DNA of 32,000 nucleotides from Candidatus Heimdallarchaeota archaeon (GTDB lineage Archaea; Asgardarchaeota; Heimdallarchaeia; Heimdallarchaeales; Heimdallarchaeaceae). The notes under the pieces were generated by a model. It was given only the letters and a program-made list of their open reading frames with translations, did not search any database and was not told where the DNA came from. The position numbers were made by a program, and so were the translations under genes. Positions 1 through 9,612 of this stretch are shown here, piece after piece. Every line of letters starts with the position of its first letter. Positions within the stretch are counted from its first letter, which is position 1. The stretch is taken from positions 30,001 to 62,000 of the forward strand of contig DAOVER010000010.1 in assembly GCA_030668875.1 (NCBI GenBank), read 5' to 3'.

Positions 1-195
1 GTATCACGTTGGGGAACCATTGTTACTGATAGAAATACTGGAAAAACAAGTAAGGATAGAGTCTATGCTGGTGGAGATATTGCAACCGGAGCTGCTACTG
101 TTATAGCCGCAATGGGTGCAGGGAAAATTGCGGCAAAAGATATACACAAACAAATCATGGGCATTGAAGACGAAAAAATTGTAGAGTCTTCATAA
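1..195 (+). CDS. C-terminal end (partial) of GltD/NfnB(SudA)-like FAD/NADPH-dependent oxidoreductase
   Basis: Frame 1 reads VSRWGTIVTDRNTGKTSKDRVYAGGDIATGAATVIAAMGAGKIAAKDIH...*, the C-terminal FAD-binding motif of the glutamate synthase small-chain family; not in the ORF track because it is truncated by the window edge. Confidence 0.85.
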   Translation, partial: VSRWGTIVTDRNTGKTSKDRVYAGGDIATGAATVIAAMGAGKIAAKDIHKQIMGIEDEKIVESS

Positions 196-202
196 TGGAG
201 TT

Positions 203-646
203 TTATTCCTGTCTCCTTACCATCAAATATGCGTCACTATTATCCTGATAATATTTTCTTATTCTTGATTCAATTTTAAACTGTAAAGATTCATACAATT
301 CTATTGCTTTTTGATTGTCGACGTTTACTTCTAATTTCACACTGTTGAATTCTGAGCTTTTTAACTGATTCAGAAAATGTATTAGTAATTCTTTCCCCAA
401 TCCTTCTCCCCTGAAACTTTCGAGAATAGCAAAAGATAGTATGTGAGCTTGCTTAGGAATCGGGGTGTATCCACCCAAAAGAAAGCCTATCATCTTTTCA
501 TTCTGTTCAAGAACGAAGCATAACTTAGGGGCACCAAAATAGAGACTCCCAATGAGTATTTCACCAAAAGGGTATGGAAAACTTCTGCGTTCTATTTCAT
601 AAACCAAGGGGATATCTTTTATCGTCATTTGTCGTATTTTGTTCAT
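203..646 (-). CDS. rimI: RimI/Ard1-family GNAT N-acetyltransferase
   Basis: EIERRSFPYP, acetyl-CoA motif FRGEGLG, KLEVNVDNQKAIELY, RKYYQDNSDAYLM. Confidence 0.88.
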   Translation of the reverse strand: MNKIRQMTIKDIPLVYEIERRSFPYPFGEILIGSLYFGAPKLCFVLEQNEKMIGFLLGGYTPIPKQAHILSFAILESFRGEGLGKELLIHFLNQLKSSEFNSVKLEVNVDNQKAIELYESLQFKIESRIRKYYQDNSDAYLMVRRQE

Positions 647-699
647 GAAGTACTTGCAGCTCCTAGAGACTTAGTTATATCTTCGTTTAAGTTTTTTTA

Positions 700-1480
700 G
701 TTTTCTCAATGACCGTCGTCAACTGAAGAGTAAAAACTTACTCAATCTTGTTGTGAAGAAAAAGGGAGGAAGAATTTAGAGGAAATAGAAGAAAGAGAGC
801 ATATGTTAGTAAGAATTGGGATAGCAGCAAAGTTACAAGGAGTGTCAACAAGCACGTTAAGACGATGGGAAAAGGAAGAGAAATTATTACCAGAGAGAAG
901 AACAAGGGGAGGAGATAGGAGATATTTACTTGTACAAGCAATGAACATAGAAAAAGAGAGAGAGGAAGGAAGGCAAAAGAGAATAGTAATTGGATATGCG
1001 AGAGTAAGTGCAGCGAAGCAAAAAAAAGAATTGCAGAACCAGAAAGAACAACTACAAAAGTTTGCCAAACAGCAAGGGTGGAAAATGGGAAAAATTTTTG
1101 CTGATATTGCTTCAGGAATGAATGAGCAACGAAAAGGTTTGCAAAAATTACTGAATGAAGTGGCAACAACTAGTCCTTTTGCTGTTATCTGTACCTATGA
1201 AGATAGATTGGCAAGGTTTGGAACAAAAGTGATCAAACACTACTGGCAAGCATTTTCAACAAGCATAGTAATTATGCATGAACAACGAAGTGCTTCTAAG
1301 GAGGAACGATTGGTGGGAGATATGATTGCCTTGATAACCTCCTTTGCTGGAAGACTACACAGACAAAGGAGAGGGAAAGCTCCTCCTTGCTGACTTTTCT
1401 TCCCCTCAACGCACGTGAGGGGACCCACCTAAACGACGGTTAGACCGCCTCTGGCAAGTTTGACCAAGTTTCATAACGTG
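700..1480 (+). mobile_element. IS607-like element carrying only tnpA (ends approximate)
   Basis: tnpA sits in the divergent rimI/hjc intergenic region; strongly purine-rich + strand; GC-richer hairpin segment after the stop; ends inferred only from host-like TATA boxes near 676-683 and 1500-1507. Confidence 0.55.
803..1393 (+). CDS. tnpA: IS607-family serine recombinase/transposase TnpA
   Basis: N-terminal MerR-like HTH (GVSTSTLRRWE...RTRGGDRRY), catalytic YARVS, DIASGMN, EDRLARFG and ITSFAGRL motifs. Confidence 0.92.
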   Translation: MLVRIGIAAKLQGVSTSTLRRWEKEEKLLPERRTRGGDRRYLLVQAMNIEKEREEGRQKRIVIGYARVSAAKQKKELQNQKEQLQKFAKQQGWKMGKIFADIASGMNEQRKGLQKLLNEVATTSPFAVICTYEDRLARFGTKVIKHYWQAFSTSIVIMHEQRSASKEERLVGDMIALITSFAGRLHRQRRGKAPPC

Positions 1481-1548
1481 CGTTTGTTAAGGATACAAAC
1501 TTTTAAACAAAGTAATTTGAACGTGATTCAACGAGAAGACTGAATGAG

Positions 1549-1974
1549 TTGTTTAACTTGAGTAAAAAATTAGCAGCTGATTATGAACGAAAAATAGCAA
1601 ACAGATTATGGGAATATGGGTTTGCAGTTATGCGAGCACCTTCTTCCTCAGGAACAAGTCTTATGCCTAGACCGGATGTATTAGCAGGATCAGCAGAGAA
1701 AGGGTTGATACTAACATTAGAAATAAAAACATGCAGACAAAATACCTTTTACGTCCAAAAACATCAAGTTGAAGGGTTGATGGAATTTGCTAAACGAATT
1801 GGAGGACAACCTTATCTAGCGGTCAAATTTGTTGGAAAAAGAATGGGTTTTCTTTTTCTAGAAGTTCCTGATGGTCTCACACAAAGCAGTGGAGATAGCT
1901 ATCGAGTGAATTTTAATGATTTGAGAGAAAATGGAATAGATTTTTTAACTCTAATTAAAGAAGGGGAAGCATAA
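1549..1974 (+). CDS. hjc: Archaeal Holliday junction resolvase
   Basis: YERKIANRLWEYGFAVMRAPSS, PDVLAG, LEIK (PD-(D/E)XK); start may be the TTG at 1558. Confidence 0.88.
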   Translation: MFNLSKKLAADYERKIANRLWEYGFAVMRAPSSSGTSLMPRPDVLAGSAEKGLILTLEIKTCRQNTFYVQKHQVEGLMEFAKRIGGQPYLAVKFVGKRMGFLFLEVPDGLTQSSGDSYRVNFNDLRENGIDFLTLIKEGEA

Positions 1975-2016
1975 AAAAATATGAAAAGATTTCAAAACAA
2001 TTAAAGGTGTGTTCTA

Positions 2017-3105
2017 ATGAAGATTCTTAAGAAAGATTACAAGCATGGATTCATTGAGCTTATCCCCGAAAATGTAGGTGATCTTTATGCAATCTACCGC
2101 GTTCTTAAGCCTGGTGACAAGGTGAAAGCAACTACTTCTAGAAGAATAAGAAGAAAAGATGAGGATTCTAGACCTGATTCTGGTGAACGTATAAAAATGA
2201 TTCTTGAGATAGATGTGGAAGAATTTGCTTTTCACGGTTTTGGTGACAATCTGAGAGTTAAAGGAAAAGTAACCGGTGGACCTGAAGATCTAATTTCCTT
2301 GGGAACTTATCATACTATTTCCTTGTCACCCTTGGACAAAGTGCAAATCATCAAATCAGAATGGAAAGCTATGGAAAAAAAGGTATTAGATGAGGTAGAG
2401 AAATCTTCAATGTTAGCTCAAATTTTGGTAATCACAATTGAAGATAGTAGTGCTTGTATTGCATTAGTAACACAGTTTTCAATAAAAATCATTTCTGAGT
2501 TTAGTCCATCAGTAACAAGAAAATTTAGTGACGTTAAACAACACACAAGTGAGATGGGACTATTCTTTAATGAAGTTCTTCAAATATTACAAGATACTGA
2601 TCTCCAATACACACCAAAGACAGTGATTTTAGCTGGACCTGGTTTTACACCTGAGAATTTCTTAACATTTCTAAAAAACCGAGACCCAAAGCTTGCAGCA
2701 AAAACAAACCTTGTTCATTCCAGCACAGGTGGAAGAGTTGGATTAAAAGAAGTATTATCACAAAAACTTCCTGAGAAAATAGCAAAAGAACAAAGAGTAG
2801 CGTATGAGATGAGGCTATTGGATGAGGTGTTCAAACGTATCGGTAAAGAAACAGGTGATGTAACATACGGTTTGGAAAAAGTGAAAAGCGCTTTAATGAT
2901 GGGAGCAGTTGAAACTCTTTTGATCAGTGATGACCAATTAGGTATCGAGGATCTTGAGAAGAGAAACGAAATCGATAGTTTGGTCGATACTAACTCTGAA
3001 ATGAGAGGAAAAACAGTGTTGATGTCTGTGTATCATGATTCAGGAGAACAACTTTCAAAACTTGGAGGAATTGCTGCACTTCTTCGTTTTTCAATACATG
3101 ATTAA
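2017..3105 (+). CDS. pelA: Pelota/Dom34 ribosome rescue factor
   Basis: LRVKGKV, GTYHTISL, LAGPGF, GAVETLLISD, LGGIAALLRF (eRF1 domains 1-3). Confidence 0.95.
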   Translation: MKILKKDYKHGFIELIPENVGDLYAIYRVLKPGDKVKATTSRRIRRKDEDSRPDSGERIKMILEIDVEEFAFHGFGDNLRVKGKVTGGPEDLISLGTYHTISLSPLDKVQIIKSEWKAMEKKVLDEVEKSSMLAQILVITIEDSSACIALVTQFSIKIISEFSPSVTRKFSDVKQHTSEMGLFFNEVLQILQDTDLQYTPKTVILAGPGFTPENFLTFLKNRDPKLAAKTNLVHSSTGGRVGLKEVLSQKLPEKIAKEQRVAYEMRLLDEVFKRIGKETGDVTYGLEKVKSALMMGAVETLLISDDQLGIEDLEKRNEIDSLVDTNSEMRGKTVLMSVYHDSGEQLSKLGGIAALLRFSIHD

Positions 3106-4211
3106 TTATTTTCTCCCTCAAAAATAGGATCCAAATATGTTATAATACCATTTTCATGAGGATATTGGTGAATTATGTAAATAGCAGATATTTCATTATG
3201 AAATCTTTTTGCTAAACTAGAACCATATTTTTTCGTTAGTAACCAATTTGTTAATATCATTTTATTTTTCTCATCTATATTAACTAATTTCTCAGGAATT
3301 TCAAAATCAGTAATCATTGCATCTTTAACGTTGAGCAAGGATTTTGCTTCTTTAACAATTATCTGAGCTCTTACGATTAAGCCATCGTCTGTGATTTCAT
3401 CAGAAAGGAGAGCAAAACGTTTAGCCCTTCGTCGCAGTCGATTACGTAACTGAATATTATCCTTATAGCTGGAAGAACAATAGTGTAAGGTTACACGTTT
3501 TCTTCGATTATTTTTCAAAACCCTTATTGCTAATTCTTCACTTCCTTTAACTGCAGCACTGAGACTTGTTTTAGCATGATAACCCAGCTTGCTTAGTTTT
3601 TGCAAGTTCTCTTCTGTTATCTCTAACTCGTTGAGATTAACAAAATCGAGATTTATTATTTCAGCAAATTCAATTATACCTTGTATTTCTTCTTGTTTAT
3701 CAGGTATAACCGGAATTTCGAACCCAACATTCCATGAAAGTGATTTAGCATCTGAAATAGATCTCTTCATCTTTTCAGTCAGTAATAGACGAGGAGGATG
3801 AAAACGGATTTCATCCAACCCTGCCGAGTGTAATGCTTTCAAATCATCGTAAGACAGAGAATAAGAAGTATAAAGATGACAATGAAATTCTTGACCGAAT
3901 CCTTCTTTGAACTTTGATAAATATTCTATTGTTCTATTCAGATGTGTCGAAGGATCACCTCCAGTGATTCCTGCACCTAACGCAGAAATCATCACAGCTT
4001 CATCGTAAGCTTCAGAAAATGAATGTATTTGTTTTTCATTTGCAAAAATCACATCATTTTTCTTTTCCTTTGTCAAGGGGCAGTAGAAACAATTAGAGTC
4101 ACATTCACCTGTGATGAAAAGAACCAATTTAGATCCAAGTGAACAATACTGGCAACCTTTAGGTATAGTTCCCTTAACTCTATTACTGTACCATTTAGTG
4201 ATTCTTTTCAT
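3102..4211 (-). CDS. Archaeal radical SAM protein (uncharacterised, PFL-activase-like family)
   Basis: GCQYCSLGSKLVLFITGECDSNCFYCPL (CxxxCxxC), GAGITGGDP, LDEIRFHPP. Confidence 0.85.
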   Translation of the reverse strand: MKRITKWYSNRVKGTIPKGCQYCSLGSKLVLFITGECDSNCFYCPLTKEKKNDVIFANEKQIHSFSEAYDEAVMISALGAGITGGDPSTHLNRTIEYLSKFKEGFGQEFHCHLYTSYSLSYDDLKALHSAGLDEIRFHPPRLLLTEKMKRSISDAKSLSWNVGFEIPVIPDKQEEIQGIIEFAEIINLDFVNLNELEITEENLQKLSKLGYHAKTSLSAAVKGSEELAIRVLKNNRRKRVTLHYCSSSYKDNIQLRNRLRRRAKRFALLSDEITDDGLIVRAQIIVKEAKSLLNVKDAMITDFEIPEKLVNIDEKNKMILTNWLLTKKYGSSLAKRFHNEISAIYIIHQYPHENGIITYLDPIFEGENN

Positions 4212-4333
4212 CTGATGAAGAGGGTTATCCTGACATTAAAAAGAATCAGTTTGAACAGAGAATTTTTGTGTTGAAGGTTATAACAGAGATAGAAATAAGT
4301 AAAAGCAAGTTTGTTTAGACTTTGCCATACTAG

Positions 4334-5545
4334 TTGGAATGGACACAAATGTTGACTGCTCTCCAAATCATAATTATTGTAATATTAGCATTGATGACGC
4401 TTACAACCATTGGAAGTTTTTTTAAATTGGAGAGATTTGGAATTAACTTCTATCCTTTTGGAGTGATGTTCAGAACAGAATTATTTAACAAAATCCTTTC
4501 CAAGCTTGGAGAGAAATTGAAGAAATTTTGGCAAATTCTCTATAGAATTGGGCAAGTACTAACAGGATTAATTACATTTGCTCTTGTAGTATATTTTTTG
4601 GTGAACCCATTTCTAATATTGTTTAATGCCCATGGAGCACTAGGAATGCAATTACTTATCCCGGGTATTACAGTTGATTTTCAAACATCTTTATTGTTTA
4701 TACTACCAATCATTTTAGTCATCATACCACATGAGTTAGGTCATGCGGTTATGGCTAAGAGAGAGGGAATTGAACTAAAATCGTCGGGAATTTTTCTGTT
4801 TTTTATCTTATTCGGTGCCTTTGTGGAACTCGTAAACGAAAGCCTAGCCAAAGCAACCAAGAAAAGTCGAATTAAAGTTCTACTAAATGGTTCAGCACTA
4901 AATGCAATAATGTCCGTTCTCTTTGTGGGACTTTATCTCTTAACTCCTGCAATCATTTCAGCTGGTTATTATGAAGCAAACGGAGTTATTGTAACAAAAG
5001 TATATGAAGAATTTCCTGCAGATATCTCTAATTTAGTCACTGGGGATGTAATTCAAGAAATGGGTATTTTCAATGAAAGCACAAACAAAATCGAATATAT
5101 GAAAATCAGGGACAATCAAGATTACAATGTTTTTGTACACCAAAACGTTAATGCGACCTTGTTATATCTCTCATTACTAGATGGGCGTAACGTTTCCTTA
5201 GTTCCAACCCAAATAGATCCATCTTCTCAAACTGTGAACAGTGAAAAAATATATTTGGGAATCACAATATATAATTACCTTCCTCCTAAAGCAAATTGGC
5301 TTTCCCTCTGGTTTCCATATTATTGGAGTCTCGAAGTAATCTATTGTCTGAATTTGAGCATAATGGCAGTATTCATGAACATGTTACCCTTAGTAATAAC
5401 AGATGGAGATAAGATTCTACAAGAGTATTTGAATGTGAAGGGAGATGAAGCGAATCCACAACATAAGAAAATACTAAATACTCTGAGAATATTTTTCATT
5501 TGTATAATCGTGCTTAATTTAGTTTTATCAATGGTAAAGTTCTAG
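4334..5545 (+). CDS. Site-2 (M50) intramembrane metalloprotease with PDZ-like insert
   Basis: HELGH zinc motif, NMLP...DG third ligand, multiple hydrophobic helices; start uncertain (ATG at 4349 possible). Confidence 0.9.
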   Translation: MEWTQMLTALQIIIIVILALMTLTTIGSFFKLERFGINFYPFGVMFRTELFNKILSKLGEKLKKFWQILYRIGQVLTGLITFALVVYFLVNPFLILFNAHGALGMQLLIPGITVDFQTSLLFILPIILVIIPHELGHAVMAKREGIELKSSGIFLFFILFGAFVELVNESLAKATKKSRIKVLLNGSALNAIMSVLFVGLYLLTPAIISAGYYEANGVIVTKVYEEFPADISNLVTGDVIQEMGIFNESTNKIEYMKIRDNQDYNVFVHQNVNATLLYLSLLDGRNVSLVPTQIDPSSQTVNSEKIYLGITIYNYLPPKANWLSLWFPYYWSLEVIYCLNLSIMAVFMNMLPLVITDGDKILQEYLNVKGDEANPQHKKILNTLRIFFICIIVLNLVLSMVKF

Positions 5546-5555
5546 TGGTGACAAA

Positions 5556-6488
5556 ATGAAGTGTTCTTTCTGTGATAATCAATCCTTATATGTTCGTCCA
5601 TATGATAAATTATCCTTATGTCATAAACATTTCAATGAACAGATGCAAAAGAGAGTACGCAAGACCATAACCAGATATAAAATGTTACGTCGCGGTGACA
5701 GAATTGCCATAGGACTTTCAGGAGGCAAAGATAGTACTGCTTTATTAGACATCTTACACAAAATCGAGAAAGACTTTCAGGAGAGCGAATTAGTTGCAAT
5801 TACTATTGATGAAGGGATCAAAAATTATAGAGAAGAAGGATTACATTATGCGAAATTACATGCTGACCGACTTGGGGTAGAACATGTAGTCTACTCTTTC
5901 GAAAAGGATTTCGGATATGATTTAGATGAGATAATAGAAAAACTAGGTTCTCGTGGAAAAAAGAGAGAACTCGGAGCTTGTTCTTATTGTGGTATTCTTA
6001 GACGTAACGTGTTAAATAAGGCAGCATTAGAAGTCAATGCGGATGTTTTAATCACTGCTCATAATCTTGAAGATGAAGCTGAAACCATACTTCTCAATAT
6101 CATTAGGGGGGACATAACAAGATTAGCTAGATTAAATCCAACTCCAAGAAAAATACATGAAACTCTTATTCCAAGAGCAAAACCATTTCGAGCTACACCA
6201 CAAGCAGAAATTGTCATGTATTGTATCATTAATGAGCTTGAATATCAAGAAATTCAGTGTCCTTATGCTGTTGAAGCTTACCGAGGGGAAGTAAGAGAAT
6301 TCATATTCAAAACACAGGAAAAACAGCCAATGCTCTGTTACAATATTGTTCGTGGACAGGATAAATTACTGGTATCTATGAAAGAAACTAAAACTAGTAA
6401 GAAAATGAAAAATTGTGAAGAGTGCGGAAACGCAACCACTGGAAACCTATGTAAAACTTGTTGGTTAAAACAATTACTTGAAGTTTAA
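5556..6488 (+). CDS. tRNA 2-thiolation protein (TtuA/NcsA/Ctu1 family)
   Basis: PP-loop SGGKDS, central CSYC, TAHNLED, QCPY, N- and C-terminal Zn-finger CxxC pairs. Confidence 0.9.
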   Translation: MKCSFCDNQSLYVRPYDKLSLCHKHFNEQMQKRVRKTITRYKMLRRGDRIAIGLSGGKDSTALLDILHKIEKDFQESELVAITIDEGIKNYREEGLHYAKLHADRLGVEHVVYSFEKDFGYDLDEIIEKLGSRGKKRELGACSYCGILRRNVLNKAALEVNADVLITAHNLEDEAETILLNIIRGDITRLARLNPTPRKIHETLIPRAKPFRATPQAEIVMYCIINELEYQEIQCPYAVEAYRGEVREFIFKTQEKQPMLCYNIVRGQDKLLVSMKETKTSKKMKNCEECGNATTGNLCKTCWLKQLLEV

Positions 6489-6580
6489 AATCTATTTTAC
6501 TTTTTAATCACAATCGTTTTTAATAAGAATAAAAAAGTTGCTTAAACCTTTATCCATACAAGAATAGGGGATGATTAAAG

Positions 6581-7165
6581 ATGAGTGAAACAATAAAAAA
6601 TCTAGCAAAAGCATTTATTGGAGAAAGCCAAGCAAGAAATCGCTATACAATGTATGCAAAAGTAGCTAAAAAAGAAGGATATGAACAAATAGCAGATATT
6701 TTTCTAGTTACAGCAGACAATGAAAGAGAACATGCAAAATGGAACTTCCAAATGTTGAAACAAGTCAAAAAGAAACTCAAGTATAAGGAGGAAGCCATAC
6801 ATGTTGAAGCTGAAGCACCTCTAGTTATGGACGATACAATAGCAAATTTGAAAGCTGCTATAGCTGGAGAGAATTATGAGTATACTATCATGTATCCCGA
6901 ATTTGCTGATATAGCAGAAAAAGAAGGATTTCCTAAAGTTGCAGATAGACTTAGAGCAATAGGAAGAGCTGAAGTTCATCATGAAGAACGCTATAAAAAA
7001 CTGGTAGAGCAAGTAGAAGGCAAGACAGTTTTCAAGAAAGAAGAGAAAGTTAAATGGGTATGTCGTAAATGTGGTTATGTTCATGAAGGAGAAGAACCCC
7101 CACACACATGTCCCTGCTGCTCTCACCCACATAACTATTTCGAGATTCTATGTGAAGAATATTAG
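6581..7165 (+). CDS. rbr: Rubrerythrin
   Basis: [25 protein letters not shown] di-iron motifs; C-terminal WVCRKCG...CPCC rubredoxin-like domain. Confidence 0.95.
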   Translation: MSETIKNLAKAFIGESQARNRYTMYAKVAKKEGYEQIADIFLVTADNEREHAKWNFQMLKQVKKKLKYKEEAIHVEAEAPLVMDDTIANLKAAIAGENYEYTIMYPEFADIAEKEGFPKVADRLRAIGRAEVHHEERYKKLVEQVEGKTVFKKEEKVKWVCRKCGYVHEGEEPPHTCPCCSHPHNYFEILCEEY

Positions 7166-7296
7166 ATATTAGATCTCTTTTTTCTTTTTTTTCTGCATTA
7201 AAAATTTATTTGTAGATTTTTCTTGAAAAAATCAAGAGTTAATTTATTGTCTCTTAATCTCAACTCCGGATTGTATAATCATAAGCCTAATTTATT

Positions 7297-7342
7297 CGAA
7301 AAACTTATTAATACCTTTTAACAAAAGGTATGACAAAGGTAT
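7297..7342 (+). promoter_or_regulatory. BRE/TATA promoter overlapped by a perfect 9-bp inverted repeat (probable PadR operator)
   Basis: CGAAAAAC-TTATTAAT at 7297-7312; ATACCTTTT-aac-AAAAGGTAT at 7311-7331; extra half-site AAAGGTAT at 7335-7342. Confidence 0.6.
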
Positions 7343-7355
7343 TGTGTGGATTAAA

Positions 7356-9116
7356 ATGGGTTTGAGATTCTCCTCTAGGAAAAAAGACGATTCAGAACAG
7401 ATTAAAAACAAGTATTTGCGCAAATTATCCATTGAAATGGTAAAAAGATGTGTTCCTGATTCTCAAATAAAAAAATCAATTAATGAAACGGAAATAAGCT
7501 TAAGTTCATATATAGAAGAATGTGAAATAACCTCATTTACTGAGCTAGAGAGTAAATTTGGTTCTCCAAAAGAATTCTGTGATTCCAACCTAGAAATCAA
7601 ATCCAACCTACTAGCATTTAAACAAATCATTCAGTTACTACTACTGTCTTGTAGCTATGTTTTAGTTCTTTTCTTTGGATTGGCTACTTTCTTTTTATTT
7701 CAGAGAACAGGTATCAATTGGCAAAATTCATCAGCTCTTTTTGGTGTTTTCCTTGCAAATAGCGGGTATGGGTTTATAGGGACTCTTTTCTGTTTGAATG
7801 TTTTTACATGGATAGTACAGCAATATGTTAAGGAGAGATTTTCCCCCTATGATGCAAGAGCAATTTTTAACAATCTGACACTGGTAATGTATTGGTTTCT
7901 TGTCGGTATTTGGATAAAAATAACTATTACACCCTACATTCAATTTTCCAAAGTCTTCTCGGACATGTGGCCTGAACATATGGGGGGACTAGTTATTGAG
8001 GGAATTTTAAGACAGATACTTCTTGGAACATATTTAATCATAATTGCAATTCTTTATACAGTGAAATATGTGAATCACTATAAACATAAACTAAAAGAGG
8101 AAACAAACGAATATCTTATTGATAACCTGGGAGGAGTAATTACTCTATTCATATTAACAAGTTTTATTACACCAAATCAAGGGATTGGTCTTTTAATCAT
8201 TGGATTGGGAATAATGGCCATCATTGTGTCAAAAGCATCACCAAAAGTAATGATAGCAGGGATACTAGCGTTGATTTTCCAATTAGCAATAATGGTTGAA
8301 GATTTTACCGCATTTAATAATTTCAAAGGAAGAGAAACTCTAGATAGACTGAGTATGGTTTTTGGCATACAAGCAACTCACAAATATGGTGATTGGATAT
8401 TTTTATTGTTTTTTATTGATTTTGCACTCATTTTAATATGGACATCTCTTTATTATAGAAAACGCAAAAAAACTGAAAGGAAGCTTCTCCCTCAATTTAC
8501 TTATCCAAAAGGGACTAAACAATGGTTCTCGATATTTTTGGTTCTGATAACCGCTTTTGCGGTACTAGGTTCTCAACCACATTTCACTAGTCTTTCTAAA
8601 GTATCTGATTCTTACACCCTCTATGATCATCCTGCCTTTGATTATTATTACCAAGAACGTACAGAGTATGGTATCCCCGCCAAAGGAAGGGTGTATATTT
8701 CATTTTATACAAACATTGAATACAGGGTAACCGATGATATATATGCCTTAGAGGGAGAGTGGAGAGTCACTTGGAGATCCCTAGATGAACACAGTGAAAG
8801 TATTATCGAGGGGAGTTTTGAACCCTCAGCAGACCCTGTATACTCAACAGACCAAGGATATTACATCTCTGTTCGATATATTATCGCTGAAGTATCTGGA
8901 CCAAGCGTAATAACTTTCTATTATAGTAGTCATACAGAGGGATATGAAACAGAAGTATTACCAGCTCTTCATATTCAATGGTCGCCTTTAGTTCCTTGGT
9001 TTTCATCAGCTATTGAAATTTGTACATTTATTACATTGGTACTATTAACATTTCTGGATTGGAATAATAAAAAAAATTTAACCAAAACGGAGAAGAAGAA
9101 AGAAGGAGATAATTAG
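7356..9116 (+). CDS. Polytopic membrane protein with N-terminal HAAS-like segment and C-terminal extracellular domain
   Basis: Many TM helices; N-terminal ELESKFGSPKEF resembles the HAAS/DUF1700 motif found beside PadR genes; ORF opens at 7344, ATG at 7356 preferred. Confidence 0.6.
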   Translation: MGLRFSSRKKDDSEQIKNKYLRKLSIEMVKRCVPDSQIKKSINETEISLSSYIEECEITSFTELESKFGSPKEFCDSNLEIKSNLLAFKQIIQLLLLSCSYVLVLFFGLATFFLFQRTGINWQNSSALFGVFLANSGYGFIGTLFCLNVFTWIVQQYVKERFSPYDARAIFNNLTLVMYWFLVGIWIKITITPYIQFSKVFSDMWPEHMGGLVIEGILRQILLGTYLIIIAILYTVKYVNHYKHKLKEETNEYLIDNLGGVITLFILTSFITPNQGIGLLIIGLGIMAIIVSKASPKVMIAGILALIFQLAIMVEDFTAFNNFKGRETLDRLSMVFGIQATHKYGDWIFLLFFIDFALILIWTSLYYRKRKKTERKLLPQFTYPKGTKQWFSIFLVLITAFAVLGSQPHFTSLSKVSDSYTLYDHPAFDYYYQERTEYGIPAKGRVYISFYTNIEYRVTDDIYALEGEWRVTWRSLDEHSESIIEGSFEPSADPVYSTDQGYYISVRYIIAEVSGPSVITFYYSSHTEGYETEVLPALHIQWSPLVPWFSSAIEICTFITLVLLTFLDWNNKKNLTKTEKKKEGDN

Positions 9117-9482
9117 ATGCCATCTAAAGAAAATAACGATACGAAGTTAAAAAAGTGGAGAACACAGCTTTCCAGAGGAGTACTTGAATTTATTGTGCTT
9201 CTATTACTTAGGAAAGAAAGGCACGGATGGGAAATTCTACAACTGGCTAGGTCACTCTTACCTCCATCGGATTCTCAGCTAGGTGATGGCACAATCTATA
9301 ATATCCTAACAAGGCTCAAAGAAGAAAGTATGGTGACGACTAGGAATGAGGTTTGTGAAGGGAGAATGAGAAGATATTACAAACTTAGCCAAAAGGGCTT
9401 GGAACAAATAGATCTAATGGTCACAGATTGGGAAAATTTACTTGCATCAATTAACGAAGCCAGGGAGTTTTCAATAGAATGA
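9117..9482 (+). CDS. PadR-family transcriptional regulator
   Basis: GVLEFIVLLLL...RHGWEI, GTIYNILTRL, RRYYKLSQKG; ATG directly follows the upstream TAG. Confidence 0.92.
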   Translation: MPSKENNDTKLKKWRTQLSRGVLEFIVLLLLRKERHGWEILQLARSLLPPSDSQLGDGTIYNILTRLKEESMVTTRNEVCEGRMRRYYKLSQKGLEQIDLMVTDWENLLASINEAREFSIE

Positions 9483-9530
9483 TAATTTTAGTTCTGAAAA
9501 AGATTTTGCATAAAATGTTTGACTAAATAA

Positions 9531-9555
9531 TTCTTTTCATTTTTTTTCTTTTTTA
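9531..9555 (+). terminator. Oligo-T tract, likely terminator of the membrane protein-padR transcript
   Basis: TTCTTTTCATTTTTTTTCTTTTTTA about 50 nt after the padR stop. Confidence 0.45.
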
Positions 9556-9612
9556 TTGATTATTTTCTATTGACAATAACTGTTCAGTAATCGATAGGTT
9601 TGAGAAAAATAA

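Noticed and set aside
738-1428. Minus-strand ORFs 738-1169, 742-1068 and 1240-1428
   Set aside because: Leu/Phe/Ser-rich shadows of the purine-rich tnpA strand; no independent coding signal
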